Source: Octopus sinensis (taxonomy: Eukaryota). Taken from it: 64,000 nt of DNA. Location: contig NC_043006.1 of NCBI RefSeq assembly GCF_006345805.1, forward strand, positions 15,190,001 through 15,254,000, given 5' to 3'. The notes under the pieces were generated by a model that saw only the letters and a program-made list of their open reading frames with translations, had not been told where the DNA came from and searched no databases. Below are positions 49,650 to 63,223 of the stretch, in pieces. Numbering within the stretch: the stretch's first letter is position 1; every line of letters starts with the position of its first letter. A program made the translations under genes and the position numbers.

Positions 49650-50819
49650 TTAATTATTTTTGAAAAATGTAAACGTTGAAAGATATTTGTGTCTACAGGT
49701 AATTATAACGTCAGATGTTTTATTGAGTAAACTATTTTTGTTGGCTTGGATTATGTGGATTGCCTCTTTCGTGCATAAATCGCAATTCTTCGCTTGTGTG
49801 TTATATGGTGTGGCTTCCCTTAATATAGACCAATTCATACCGAATTCTTTGTTCATTTTTAATCTATTGATGTAGGTTACTAGTGTAGTTGAGTTTTTTG
49901 TTTTGTGGTTACTGAACGAGTTTATATGCGCCCTATATCTACTTTTAAATTTTTCTAGGTTCATTTAGGATTGAGACTTTGACCTTATATACGGTATTTC
50001 TCCTTAAACAAGCCTTTAAGGGGACAAAATACCCTGTTACGACAATTACGTGTTTCTGGATTTAGTTTTACTATTTTTAATATCCAAGTCCTTATTGTTC
50101 TTCGTGTTAGGCTCAGTTAGGTTGTCTCTAATGGTTTCGTTATTTTTAAGTTTAAGTCTGTTATTTGCTGCGATGATAGATCCAAGATTGGATGAGGTAG
50201 AATAGGATAATTTAAGACACCATCTATTAAATATGGAATGGCATTTATGACCAGGTGGGAAGTTCCTATCGATAATGCTAAAAAATAACTAAGGAAGGTT
50301 TCTTACCCGGAGGAAAAAAGGGGCTGTAAACCATAAAATTTCCCGTTTTCTCCCAGAATAGTTCCTATTCTGTTCCATATCGTTATTGCTATACTTGAAA
50401 AACCTAGAGAGTCATCTAAAGTGTTGTTGATTTCTATATTCGGTGGGGTTACTTATAGGATGTGAGTCAGTGTTAGAATTCGTAATATTTGGAAACTGTT
50501 TGCCGAATTTGTTTTTAAATATCGTGGTTTTAATATAGTATATTTTACTGTTAAAACCGCTGTCTTTTAGTGCTGTATTATAAAGGGTTGCAAACTCGTT
50601 AAGCAGTTTTTCATTTGCGGACAAATTAGAAATTCTTGTCACGCCTTTAATTATTACCTTAATGACACTTTGGGAATGATTTGATAAGGCGTGGATATAT
50701 TTAATTGTTTTGTTAGGCTTATGATAGGGATGGAATAAGCCATTATCCAAAGTTAATGTTATATCTAATATGTTAACACATTTAGAGACATTTTCAAATA
50801 TAATATCTAATTTGTACAA
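49650..50819 (-). mobile_element. Penelope-like retroelement remnant (RT thumb plus C-terminal GIY-YIG region)
   Basis: ILDITLTL..LFHPYHKPN..YIHALSNH, IIDRNFPPGHKCHSIFNR..KLSYS, CNCR..CPL, FKSRY..H..SF, CDLCTKE..LLNK..CRH; the YIG motif appears deleted. Confidence 0.85.
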
Positions 50820-51137
50820 TTTAAAAAAATTTATTAATTTTTTCCTATCCTATCAGTTGCTTGTGCGGAGGATTCTATATAGGCCTCCACCAACGCTTTT
50901 TATATATCTATATTTATGAATTTTTATGTGTTTGTAAATTTTTATATGTGTATGAATTTTTATATATTCATAAATTTTCCTGTATATGAATGTATTTATA
51001 AATTCTTAGAAATTTTATATATCATATAGATGAATGCATCTATGTATGTGCTTTGTACACCATAGAGAATTTCGTTAATATGGATTGAATGAATATATAC
51101 AACGGCCTTTGGATTTGTTTTCACCTCTCCTTAATTA

Positions 51138-51188
<51 letters not shown>

Positions 51189-51211
51189 TATATAATATAT
51201 ATATGAAAATA

Positions 51212-52451
51212 CAACACCAACCAAAAGTTTGGGACCACCCTGAAATTTTTCACTATGTTCATAAAGTGACCGTATTTGAAGTAAATTAGCCTATTCTATA
51301 CTATTGCAAACCCTTATGCAGGTTTCAAGCAAATTTCTATATCAGTATTAACAATTTATCCTGTATAGAAATATGGATCCTTTTGCTAAAAATGCTATGG
51401 CATTCAAGGCCACTTAACTTGAACCTCGCTGTTTGAACTTGCATCTGTAAACTTGAAGAGAAAATTACTTTTCCAAAACTCTAGAGTAAACATTAACTCA
51501 GGTTTCTTCTTTAATTTTTAGGTTGTGATTTAATTTCTTCTGATTCAATAACTCATACTGAATTTGTTAAGATCTAGTAATTTTAATTTATTCTCGTAAG
51601 CCCTTGTCATAAAAATGGCAAGAACCAAACGGATTAATATTGAAAAACGAGCTTAAGTTGAAATTCTTTCAAACGAAGGGTATTCTGAAAGTCATATTCC
51701 TAGAAAACTAGACCTATCAAAAAACGGTGTGCATCATTGCCTTAAACGACTTGGTGAAACTGGCTCAAATCTCGACAGAAAAAGATCCGGTAGGCCCAGA
51801 GTAACATCTATTGCAGAGGAGAGGCACTTGACCCTGTCCAAGAAAAAGAATAGAAGATAAACAAGTCCGGAACTAAGCATTGAACTGAATTCTACGCGAC
51901 AGCATCCAGTATCTCTTACTACTTTAAGAGAAGACTTCTTTCTGCTGAGCTTAAAGGTCGCGTGGCAGTTCAGAAACCACTATTAAGAAAGGCAAACAAG
52001 TTGAAACGACTACACTGGGCAGAACAGCACAAGAATTGGACATTAGAAGATTGGAAAAAAAGTATTATTGATTGACGAGTCTAAATTCGATCTTTTTGGA
52101 AACAAACGAAGCGTGTTTGTCAGACGAACACCTTTTGAACGAATGAGCACGAGTTGTTTAAAGGTTTGCAGACGGATGGAAGTCACTTCCATCAACATAC
52201 TTTTACAAGTTACTAGAAAGAAGACCAAGAATCTGCTCCACCGTGATAGAAGCTCAGGGTGTTTTTTCGATAAAAATAAAATATGAATTTTCTTTAATTA
52301 AATCTGCGATTGCTAATTTTGGATTTAAAGTAGTGTATAATTGTATGCAAAGGTAGAAAAACTAAAATTATTTCTTCAGACATAAAACTTGTTATTTTCC
52401 TTGATTTGAAGGAACGTTATAGGGTGGTCCTAAACTTTTGGCCGGTAAGTG
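51212..52451 (+). mobile_element. Tc1 transposon, internally deleted, both TIRs present
   Basis: TIRs ca..acc..ccaaaagttt(g/a)ggaccaccct, TA flanks; RSGRPRVT, KPLL, WKKVL..DESKF. Confidence 0.9.
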
Positions 52452-52520
52452 TATATAAATACATACATATGTATACACACACACACACACACACACACCA
52501 CACACACACATATATATATA

Positions 52521-52858
52521 GTGAAGGCGCATGGCTCAGTGGTTAGAGCGTCGAGCTTACGATCGTGAGGTTGTGAGCTCGAATCCCGGACCGGGCTGCA
52601 TGTTGTGTTCTTGAGCAAGGCACTTTATTTCACGTTGCTCCAGTTCACTCAGCTGTAGAAATGTGTTGCGACGTCACTGGTGCCAAGCTGTATCGACCTT
52701 TGTCTTTCCCTTGGATAACACTGGTGGCGTGGAGAGGGGAGGCTGGTATGCATGGGCGACTGCTGGTCTTCCATAAACAATCTCGCCCGGACTTGTGTCT
52801 AGGAGGGTAACTTTCTAGGTGCAATCCCATGGTCTGTGTCGTGACCGAAGGGGGTCTC

Positions 52859-52860
<2 letters not shown>
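52521..52860 (+). mobile_element. tRNA-derived SINE, family D
   Basis: A box tggctcagtgg, B box gctcgaatcc, body cttgagcaaggcactttatttcacgttgctccag. Confidence 0.85.
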
Positions 52861-52930
<70 letters not shown>

Positions 52931-53211
52931 CACACACACACACACACACACACATATATGTACTAGCAAACAGATCTCTCACTTGTTTTGGAGAATTTGT
53001 TGCAATTGCTTCCCCTAGAGTCATATCCCAATGATGATCATATCCGTCGCAAGATATCATATAAAAAAAAATCGCCAAAAACAATCGTAGTAATAAAAAC
53101 ATAGGAATCCAAAATTTCAGTATTGCTGGTCTGGATTCGACCTGGAATGTTACACATTTACTATATTCACATTTACTATATTATATTATATTATATTATT
53201 ATATTATAGTA

Positions 53212-53415
53212 AGACAGCGAGCTGGCAGAAACGTTAGCCCACCGGGCGAAATTCTTATCGGTATTTCGTCTGTCTTTACGCTCTGAGTTCAAATTCCACC
53301 AAGGTCGACTTTGCCTTTCATCCTTTCGGGGTCGTACCAGTTGCGTACTGGGGTAGATCTAATCGACTGGCCCCTCCCCTAAAATGTCGGGTCTTATGCC
53401 AAGAGTAGAAAAGAA
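53212..53415 (+). mobile_element. SINE family A, alternative tail
   Basis: As 45595-45812. Confidence 0.8.
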
Positions 53416-53864
53416 TATATATATATATATATATATAGAATATATATATATATATATAGAATATATATATATATAGAACATATATATATATATTAAAGTA
53501 AGCAAAAAATAAAACAAAAATGATAGTGTTCAGTTTGCTGGTGACAGGAATTTCTGTCAAAGAAACATGGTTAAACAGAGTTGTACATCCTCTCCCTTTT
53601 TCTCTCTCTTTTATTATTACTCCCACTGCCACCATCAACACTACTACTTTTAATAAAACATCAACTCTCCCCAAATTCCTTTGTCTCTCTTTCTCTCCCT
53701 CTCTTTCCTTTTTTTCTCTCTCTCTGTCTTCGCCCCCCGCTCTCACCGTCTCTATGCCTACTGTTACTCTCACTCCATCATGAGGAATAGTAAGAATGTC
53801 ATCAAATAGTGAAAGAAGAGGTCTAAGTGTGACACACGGACACACAGGAATTAGTTTTCGCATT

Positions 53865-53980
<116 letters not shown>

Positions 53981-54041
53981 TGTATGTATGTATGTCTGTA
54001 TCTATCTCTCTCTCTCTCTCTCTATCTCTGTATATATATAT

Positions 54042-54072
<31 letters not shown>

Positions 54073-54113
54073 GTAAGTGTGTATATATATATATATATAT
54101 ATATGTAAGTGTG

Positions 54114-54144
<31 letters not shown>

Positions 54145-54989
54145 GTAAGTTTATGTTATAATCAGTACCACCATCATAATCCTCAGCACAATCATCAACA
54201 TCATCGTCGTCGTCGTTTATTGTCTTTATCGTCGTCGTCGTCCTCATCAACAACAAATAAAGAAAGGGCAAATAAATATGAAGCTACGCCGAACGCTAAA
54301 CGTTTCAGAAATAATCATATATATACGGTTTTTAGATTGTTTCCATTTGCAAGTAAGATTTATCTCCAAAGAAATAGTTTGGCATTTTAAATCAGCTTCT
54401 GTATTGCAAATCTGTCTGAGAGATGTTTTTTCTTTACTTATAAATCAGAAGATAACGAATCTAAAAGCTTATATTTCCTTTTGTTGTTATTGTTGTTGTC
54501 GTTGTTGTTTATATTTTGTTTCCGTCTTTATAAATGAACAAAATATAGTTAATCCATTTGTTTTTTTGTTTTTATTTTATTTTTACTAAAATGAACCTTT
54601 TTATATCAATAAAACCATTTCTGATTCCATTCCACGACAAACTATCTTCCTGCTTTTCTTGACTGACATCTACGCTATCTGTAGCTATTTATTCTTACCA
54701 GTATCATTGTAGTGCTAGCTTTTCGTGCACTCTTGTCCGCAATCCAGTTTCGCCAACAGCCAACTGAACTCTTTTTACATGCGACATTAATGACTCCACA
54801 TGAACATAACATCGCATTCTACATTCTATCAACAGAAGAGTATACAATAGGCTAAAAGACATAACTAATATTACAAAGGATTGTCTTGTATATACAAATA
54901 CTGTGGATAGTAAAATAAACTAACTGGAGCTTTTCTACTCTCGCGAAGATTAGCCGGTATTATTAACAGGTAAAAGTGAATAGAGTATC

Positions 54990-55300
54990 CGCTAGGGTTG
55001 TATATCCCTACCAACCTAATTTGGAAATTGAGGTCGCTAAGATGTGGCAGCTACGAGAGTCAAACATAAAGGTTGTCTCAATTGTTATCGGAACATTGGG
55101 TTCAATACCACCAAATCTCAAAAAAGATCTGGAAACTTTAGAAATACCCTACAATCTAGGTGTATTGCAAAAATTGAAACTGCACGTATATTGCGTGAAG
55201 TAATGTCTGCCTGAGGACCCCGTTGCAACTTGACAGACTGTACAAACCCCCGAAATACAGAACATCTTTAATTAACAACGTCACGATATTGGATACTGTG
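54990..55300 (+). mobile_element. Dong/R4 LINE 3' end (second subfamily)
   Basis: LEIEVAKMWQ...VSIVIGTLGSIP..L..L...LQK; followed by (AAT)n. Confidence 0.75.
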
Positions 55301-55336
55301 CGACATAATAATAATAATAATAATAATAATAATATA

Positions 55337-55836
55337 GGCACACACCAGAAAAGGTCACAGAAAACGAGAAAGCAACCATACTCTGGGATATGCCGATACA
55401 CACAGATAGAGAAATTAAGGCCAACAGACCAGATATAGTTGTCAGAGATCATGAAGAAAAAAATGCTTTCTAATTGATGTATCAATACCGGCAGATAACA
55501 ACGTGTTTCTAAAAGAAATGGAAAAGCTTTCAAAATACAAAGATCTGGAAATAGAGGTAACCAGAATGTGGAATCTAAAAACAGAAACAATTCCTATCAT
55601 AGTAGTTGCATTAGGCATGATAAAAAAATATTCAGACAAATACATAACAAAAACACCAGGACTTACAAACACATATAACATACAGAAAATTGCACTACTA
55701 GGCACTGCACACATCCTACGCAGAACACTTTCCATACAATAACCATCAGAGCATCACAACAAATCACAGCACATACCCAAGGCACACAGAGCTGCGCTCG
55801 GTAGTGAAGTGAAAGCACGCTATAAAAATAAAACTA

Positions 55837-55840
<4 letters not shown>
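55337..55840 (+). mobile_element. Dong/R4 LINE 3' end with intact REL endonuclease coding segment
   Basis: ILWDMPIHTDREIKANRPDIVVRD...LIDVSIP...KYKDLEIEV...LLGTAHILRRTL*; (AAT)n on both sides. Confidence 0.92.
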
Positions 55841-55886
<46 letters not shown>

Positions 55887-56024
55887 TGATGATGATTTCT
55901 TTTATTTGCCGCTAGAGCAAGGGATGAGGGGACAATACAAAGACAGACACAAAGTGTTGGGGTTTACATATGATGGAATGATAAAATAAAAATGTGTATC
56001 CTTCTCAATGATGGTCTTTAATTG

Positions 56025-56215
56025 ACCGTCATCGATGACAGATGGGCGTCCACTACGCTCACGATCTTCAAGGGTCAGGTCTCCATTGCGGAATCGTTTG
56101 AGCCATTTTCGAGCTGATCACTCATTGGTCATTTCCTCACCAAATGTTTCGTTGATATCGCGATCCGTTTCAGCTGCTTTAGTCCTTTTTTTTGAAGTCG
56201 AAAGTAAAATATCGC
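56025..56215 (-). mobile_element. mariner transposase N-terminal HTH remnant
   Basis: AAETDRDINETFGE..WLKRFRNGDLTLEDRERSGRP. Confidence 0.8.
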
Positions 56216-56615
56216 GCTTTGACAAATTCCATTTCAGATGATTGTAATAACGATTTCTTTATTGCCCACAGGGGAATAAACATAAAGGGACAGTACAAAG
56301 ATGGACAAAAACACAAACGTGGGGGGAAAAAAAACAAAACGAATGAGAGGGATGGTATAAGAAATGAAATGAATGGATGAAATGGAGGCCACTCGGACCC
56401 CACAATTCAAGTGATCTCATTGAAACATTTTTTAAAACAATAATTTAAATGATCGCTTAATATGTCCACGTTAAATTCTTTTAAAAGTTCATGATAACTT
56501 ACCGTTGGCTGCATTCGCCTTCTGTCAATTCCCATTTGTGAGATAATGACATTTGTCTCGTAATCCTTTCTTAAACTTTGCGAGTTCTTTCTGTCCATTA
56601 ATACATAGTTATATA

Positions 56616-56786
56616 GGCGCAGGAGTGGCTGTGTGGTAAGTAGCTTGCTAACCAACCACATGGTTCCGGGTTCAGTCCCACTGCGTGGCATCTTGGGCAA
56701 GTGTCTTCTGCTTTAGCCCCGGACCGACCAATGCCTTGTGAGTGGATTTGGTAGACGGAAACTGAAAGAAGCCTGTCGTATATATG

Positions 56787-56821
<35 letters not shown>

Positions 56822-57042
56822 ATGTGTGTGCGTTTGTGTGTGTGTGTTTGTCCCCCTAGCATTGCTTGACAACCGATGCTGGTGTGTTTACGTCCCCGTC
56901 ACTTAGCGGTTCGGCAAAACAGACCGATAGAATAAGTACTGGGCTTACAAAGAATAAGTTCCGGGGTCGATTTGCTCGACTAAAGGCGGTGCTCCAGCAT
57001 GGCCGCAGTCAAATGACTGAAACAAGTAGAAGAGTAAAAGAG
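56616..57042 (+). mobile_element. SINE family B, full length
   Basis: A box tggctgtgtgg, B box gttcagtcc, CORE-like cttgggcaagtgtc, internal TA/TG tract, tail (gtaaaaga)n. Confidence 0.9.
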
Positions 57043-57260
57043 TTAACATGCGAGGGCTTTCCCTCACACCCTTCGTTAACGACTTTTATCGCCTCGTCCA
57101 GATTGTTTATATCCTCACACAACTCATCGAATGACGAATCGTAGTAAACAATACAACTATTTTTACAGGAGGGGTGTTGGGAAATTTGGGGCTCCTGTGT
57201 GTTTGTACCTATAGTATCAGTGTGTGGTGGAGTAGGGTGAGGGTGGGGCGGGTGGGGAAG

Positions 57261-57291
<31 letters not shown>

Positions 57292-57942
57292 CATACATAC
57301 ATACGTAACACATTGCTATGCGTTGATAATTTAGTCTAAAGGTCTATTGCTTTTGATATTTAACCATATTTACTAAAACACTTTTAAAAATTCGAATTTC
57401 TTAAAATATTGTTATGCAATTTAAGTGGTATTCGTAAAAATAACAGCTATTTGCTTAGCTTACTACCCATCAGCAATTAAATTCATATTTGAAATTATAT
57501 ATATATGTAAATAAATTCAACGAAGCTTCGACTATGTACATATTATTTGCAATAAATATTTTTATCAAATAGAAATATAATTTTGTTCGGTTTCCCCAGA
57601 CTATCGTATTAATCTTCATAGGTAAAACATTACTCACGGTATATTTCATTATAATGTAATATTTTAATAGTTTTTTTCGCTAAAGGTCATGTATTATGTG
57701 TCACTTTTAAAATGCTAATGATTATTTGAATATGATAACTTTCGCTATCATTGAATCCCCTTTGGCTAAGATTGTGAACAAAATAGTTGCACATATACGA
57801 TGAGGAATAAACATACGGAGATTGTTACGAGATTGTTGTAACGTACACAACGCTCGTAGGTGAGGATTAAATATATATGAACACTATAACTGTAGAAACA
57901 CGCGAAATCCTAGATTGAGATTAAATATATATGGATATATAT

Positions 57943-58172
57943 TTCTTTATTGCCCACAAGGGGCTAAACATAGAGGGGACAAACAAGGTCAGACGAACGG
58001 ATTAAGTCGATTACATCGACCCCAGGGCGAAACTGGTACTTTATTTATCGACCCCGAAAGGATGAAAGGCAAAGTCGACCTCGGCGGAATTTGAACTCGG
58101 AACGTAGCGACAGACGAAATATAGCTAAGCATTTCGCCCAGCGCGCTAACGTGTCTGCCAGCTCGCCGCCTT
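57943..58172 (-). mobile_element. SINE family A
   Basis: Full head; TSD-like ttaaatatatatgg on both sides. Confidence 0.9.
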
Positions 58173-58242
58173 TAAATATATATGGCTATATTTAAGAAAG
58201 TGATGTAATGTATACGTAAACTGTAGCTTAAGCTTAAATATA

Positions 58243-59460
58243 CTTGGTTGAGTCAAAAGTTTTTTCGTATTTCAAGCTTTAATTAATAGTTTAAACAAAT
58301 TATGTACGTAAATCGTTTATTCATCAAAATATATCCCATCATATTCTGTTGTCTTTTGCCATCGTTGTGAAGCTCAATTCCACGCTTATAGCATTTGGCT
58401 GGTTTAAAGGCAAAAATCTCCCTGCACCCGTTTTCAACCTGATCCACACAAAGCAGGAAATGAGCATGGCTCTGTGTTGTGTCGACGCCCCCAGACGATG
58501 AAGTAGGCTAGCCCAATACGTAGATATACAGGGAGAAGTCTATGCGACGAGGATTTCGTAGCTCACACAGCGTGAGGGCGCGTGGCTTAGTGGTTAGGGC
58601 ATTCGGCTCATGATCGTAAGGTTGTGAGTTCGATTCCCGGCGACGCGTTGTGTCCTTGAGCAAGACACTTTATTTCACGTTGCTCCAGTCCACTCAGCTG
58701 GCAAAAATGAGTTGTACTTGTATTTCAAAGGGTCAGCCTTGTCACTCTCTGTGTCACGCTGATTATCCCCGAGAACTACGTTAAGGGTACACGTGTCTGT
58801 GGAATGCTCAGCCATTTGCACGTTAATTTCACGAGCAAACTGTTCCGTTGATCGTATCAGCTGGGACCCACGTCGTCGTAACCGGCGGAGTCTTTTAAAA
58901 AGCTCACACAGCCACTGTGCAGTATTGTGATATAATACTCTGAAAAGGTGGTAATCTAATGGTGAAAAGTCTATCCTGTTGGCAGGGAGAGGCAGCACTT
59001 CCAACCCTTCAAGTTCCTCAAGTTTATATTTAATCACATTGATAGAGCTTGCTGGCGTATTATCATGCTGTAGAAGTGCACGTCTTCACTTGACCAGTGT
59101 CGGGTAACGGGCTATCAAAACGCCATATAATCGCTGCTATTGTTGAGCATAAAGGTTAGCGTTCACAGCATCACCATCTGGGACAAGCTCAAAGTGAAAT
59201 ACACCCTCTAAATTCCACCAAACATGCAGCATAACCTTCCGTTCAAACATCTCTTGTTTGACTATAGATTCTCAAGTCTGGCCGAAACGAAGCCATTGAT
59301 TTTTCTTATTAGGATTACGAAAATAAATCCATTTTTAATCCCCAATTAGATTTCGACGTAAAAAATGGGCGACTCGAGGGTATTCCAGCTGTTCTTTACA
59401 AAAGTTCGCACGTCGTTGAGCCTGGTCATTGGTCATTTCATAAGGAACTTATGAATAGCA
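58243..59460 (-). mobile_element. mariner (DD34D) transposon remnant, interrupted by a SINE
   Basis: GVFHFEL, QHDNTP, FSPLDYHLFR, C-terminal YKRGI..; many stops. Confidence 0.8.
58572..58900 (+). mobile_element. Chimeric SINE: family D head and body with family C tail 1
   Basis: 12-bp TSD agctcacacagc (58560-58571 and 58901-58912). Confidence 0.9.
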
Positions 59461-59618
59461 TCTGTTCACACTCTCCAAATGTTTTTCACCCCTCATTATC
59501 AAAGCTGTAAAATAGAGAATAAACAATGTTTATATATTATATATGAATATAAAGAATAAACAATGTAGCAACGATTGGACAATAAGTTATATCAAACCAA
59601 TGGTATAACATAGAGATG

Positions 59619-60037
59619 AAGGCGGCGAGCTGGCAGAAACGTTAGCACACCGGGCGAAATGCGTAGCCGTATTTCGTCTGTCGTTACGTTCTGAGTCCAA
59701 ATTCCGCCGAGGTCGACTTTGCCTTTCATCCTTTCGAGGTCGATAAATTAAGTACCAGTTACGCACTGGGGTCGATGAAATCGACTTAATCCGTTTGTCT
59801 GTCCTTGTTTGTCCCCTCTATGTTTATCCCCTTGTGGGTAATAAAGAAATAGGTATTTCGTCTGTCTTTACGTTCCGAGTTCAAATTCCGCCGAGATCGA
59901 CTTTGCCTTTCATCCTTTCGGGGTCGATTAAATAAGTACCAGTTACGCACTGGAGTCGATGTAATCGACTTAATCCGTTTGTCTGTCCTTGTTTGTCCCC
60001 TCTATGTTTAGCCCCTTGTGGGTAGTAAAGAAATAGG
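59619..60037 (+). mobile_element. SINE family A dimer
   Basis: Full unit plus head-less unit joined at aaagaaatagg|tatttcgtc; TSD-like gtata(a/g)catagagat. Confidence 0.9.
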
Positions 60038-60169
60038 TATAGCATAGAGATATATGTTTCCAAGAACTATTACTGAAAATAAGAAAACATTTTTGACTTA
60101 AACTGGTATACAAAGTTATCTATGAAGACGTAACATACGCAATAACCCTAGACTAGGTTTTAATACATA

Positions 60170-60600
60170 CAGAGAATTTATAGCATTAAATATATACGGA
60201 GACATCTATGAAAGTGTATTAGTGTATATAACATGCGAACCATGAAAGTGTATTGACGTATACAAAATCCTGTATTAGGATTATATACACGGGGAATACT
60301 ATGAAAGTGTAGTAATATATGCAACAATGCTGGATTAGAATTAAAAATGGAGATATTTAATAAGGTGAAGCATCGGATACAACAACTTTGGATTAAGATT
60401 AAATATATACGGAAACTCTTATGAAAATGTTCTAAAATATACTATAATCCTAGATTAGAATTAAATACATACGGAGTATACAATGAAAGTGTATTAACTT
60501 ATATCACAGTTATAGATTAGGGTTAAATATATACGGAGAACACTAGGACAGTATCGTAAGGTATGCAACAAACATGGCGAATAGATTTTATATACAGGGG
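60170..60600. repeat. Old degenerate ~60-bp minisatellite (also at 57800-58240)
   Basis: Recurrent attaaatatatacggag...atgaaagtgtatt...aatcctagattag. Confidence 0.7.
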
Positions 60601-60938
60601 CAGGAGTGGCTGTGTGGTAAGTAGCTTGCTAACCAACCACATAGTTCCGGGTTCAGTCCCACTGCGTGGCATCTTGGGCAAGTGTCTTCTGCTATATTAA
60701 ATACATACGGAGTATACAATGTGTGTGTGTATGTGTTTGTCCCTCTAGCATTGCTTGACAACCGATGCTGGTGTGTTTACGTTCCCGTAACTTAGCGGTT
60801 CGGCAAAAGAGACCGATAGAATAAGTACTGGGCTTACAAAGAATAAGTCCCGGGGTCGATTTGCTCGACTAAAGGCGGTGCTCCAGCATGGCCGCAGTCA
60901 AATGACTGAAACAAGTAAAAGAGTAAAAGAGTAAAAGA
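60597..60938 (+). mobile_element. SINE family B with its internal segment replaced
   Basis: Head and tail intact; middle replaced by a 26-bp copy of 60460-60485. Confidence 0.85.
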
Positions 60939-61629
60939 GGGGCAACACTAACTTTATACGCTATCATAATAATATGGTGCCTAAAGCTCTTGTTATACGA
61001 ACGACTAAATTCTAAGCTGAGGTCCTGGCTTTAACTGAATAGTAAAAGAATTGGTCCACATAGAACTGACTCCTAGCTTGTCAGAAAAAGGAAAAAAAAC
61101 AAAAAGAGGGGAAATTTCTTCACCACAATGTTTTTATCGTTGATTAATTTCTAAAATATAATGAAAATAAATCAAGTTGGTTGTTGAAATTACGTCCCAG
61201 GAATGTTGTTTTTTCTAATCGTTTATCTGTCCTATAAGAAACATCCATCATTTCGTTTTTGCAAACAGCAAACAGTTAAAAGTTACTCGAAATGAAACTG
61301 TGTACGTAGAGTTATGAAAAAATAAAATATCAGATGTAAATATTCTAAAATGCACACAGGAGTAATGCATACAAATAGAAATACACAACCGTGTGATGAG
61401 AATGTATATTGAAACTCATATAGACGGATAACGAAAAAGAAAAGAAAAAGAAAAAAGAAATAATTGAGCTGGAGGGACTAAACACACTTTATTTATTAAA
61501 TTCAAACAAAATCTGCAAACACGCAGAATAGCATGGTGTAAATATTTTAGTATACTGACATTAAGCTATACAACAGTAACTACATGTGTGTGTGGGAATG
61601 TGTTGACGTTTATGTTGACATATTTAGCT

Positions 61630-62290
61630 ATCTTCTATCTTTTGCTGGTTTCTGTCATTAAATTGTGGCCATGCTGGGGCACTGCCTTGAAGAATTTTAG
61701 TCGAACGAATCGATCCCAGTATTTATCTTAAAGGTATAAGGCGGCAAGCCGGCAGAAACGCTAGCACGCCGGGCGAAATGCTTAGCGGTATTTCGTCTGC
61801 CGTTACGTTCTGAGTTCAAATTCCGCCGAGGTTGACTTTGCCTTTCATCCTTTCAGGGACGATAAATTAAGTACCAGTTACGCACTGGGGTCAATATAAT
61901 CGACTTAATCCGTTTGTCTGTCCTTGTTTGTCCTCTCTGTGTTTAGCCTCTTGTGGGCAGTAAAGAAATACGTCAGTATTTATCTTAAAGTCTGGTGCAT
62001 ATTGCATCGGTCACTGATGTCAAACCGCTTAGTTACAGGGACGTAAACACACCAGCATATGTTGTCAAGCGATGGGTAAATACAGGAACAAAGACACACA
62101 CAGACACACAGACACACACAATAAATAATATATATTCAATGGACTTCTTTCAGTGTCCATCTACCAAATCCACTCGCAAGGCTTTGGTCGGCCCGCGGCT
62201 ATAGTAGGAGACACTTGCTCAAGGTGTCACGCACTTGGACTGTACCTGGAACTAAGTAGTTGGGAAGCAATCTTCTTATCATACGCCCAC
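61630..62290 (-). mobile_element. Old SINE family B interrupted by a young SINE A (61738-61970, +)
   Basis: 17-bp TSD cagtatttatcttaaag flanks the SINE A. Confidence 0.8.
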
Positions 62291-62482
62291 GCCTACCCAC
62301 GACATTCTCGAAGAGCATTTTGAAAAGATTACTGAATATTTAGTTTGAATATTATCTAATTAATTAATCATTTCATAACCTTAAATAGGAAGTAATTAAA
62401 AAAAATATTATCAATTTAGATAACTTAAACTTCTTAATTAACCATTTAGATTTGAGTATGTTTTGGTGGACACCTCCATTAA

Positions 62483-62697
62483 CCCTTTCATTATCGTATT
62501 TATTCTGAAATGCTCTGTGTTTCTTCCAATTACTTTAAATATAGCAAAGAATTTAGTAAAATGACTTAGTTATCATTCAGCTAGTGTTAGGAACATTAAT
62601 TGTAACTAAGGTTTGGTGAAAAATTTTAATGCAAAACTTATGAAAACAAGACATTTATACTAAAGAGCCGGTTTCAGCCGGGTTGGTAATGAAAGGG
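62483..62697. mobile_element. piggyBac-type MITE
   Basis: TTAA|ccctttcattatc ... ggtaatgaaaggg|TTAA. Confidence 0.8.
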
Positions 62698-63159
62698 TTA
62701 AAATACTTGTTTAATTATCTCCATGCGGTAACAGCCGTTGCTTAGTTGAAGGCTCAGGTCACGCTTTACATCACACACACATACGTATTCACATTGTTAT
62801 ACTTGAGGACAGCCATAAAAGAGGACCATTCCCAAGTATAACATGTTTCAACACGTTTTCGCATCAAGAATCCAGCAAGAGAAATACATAAACGTATACA
62901 TACATTTATATATGCAGACACACATTATATATACATACATACATACATCATACGTACACACATACATACATACATACATACATACATACATACATACATA
63001 CATACATACATACATACATTCATACATACACACATACATACACACACACATACATACATAAATACATACATATATATATATATATAAACACTATATATAT
63101 TTACATATAAATTTATATTTATGTGTGTATGTTTTATGTATGTTTGTATGTATGTATGC

Positions 63160-63223
<64 letters not shown>

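Noticed and set aside
52521-52595. tRNA gene (likewise the heads at 10161, 44325, 58572 and 33496)
   Set aside because: A and B boxes are present, but the acceptor stem does not pair and the sequence runs into multi-copy SINE bodies, some with TSDs
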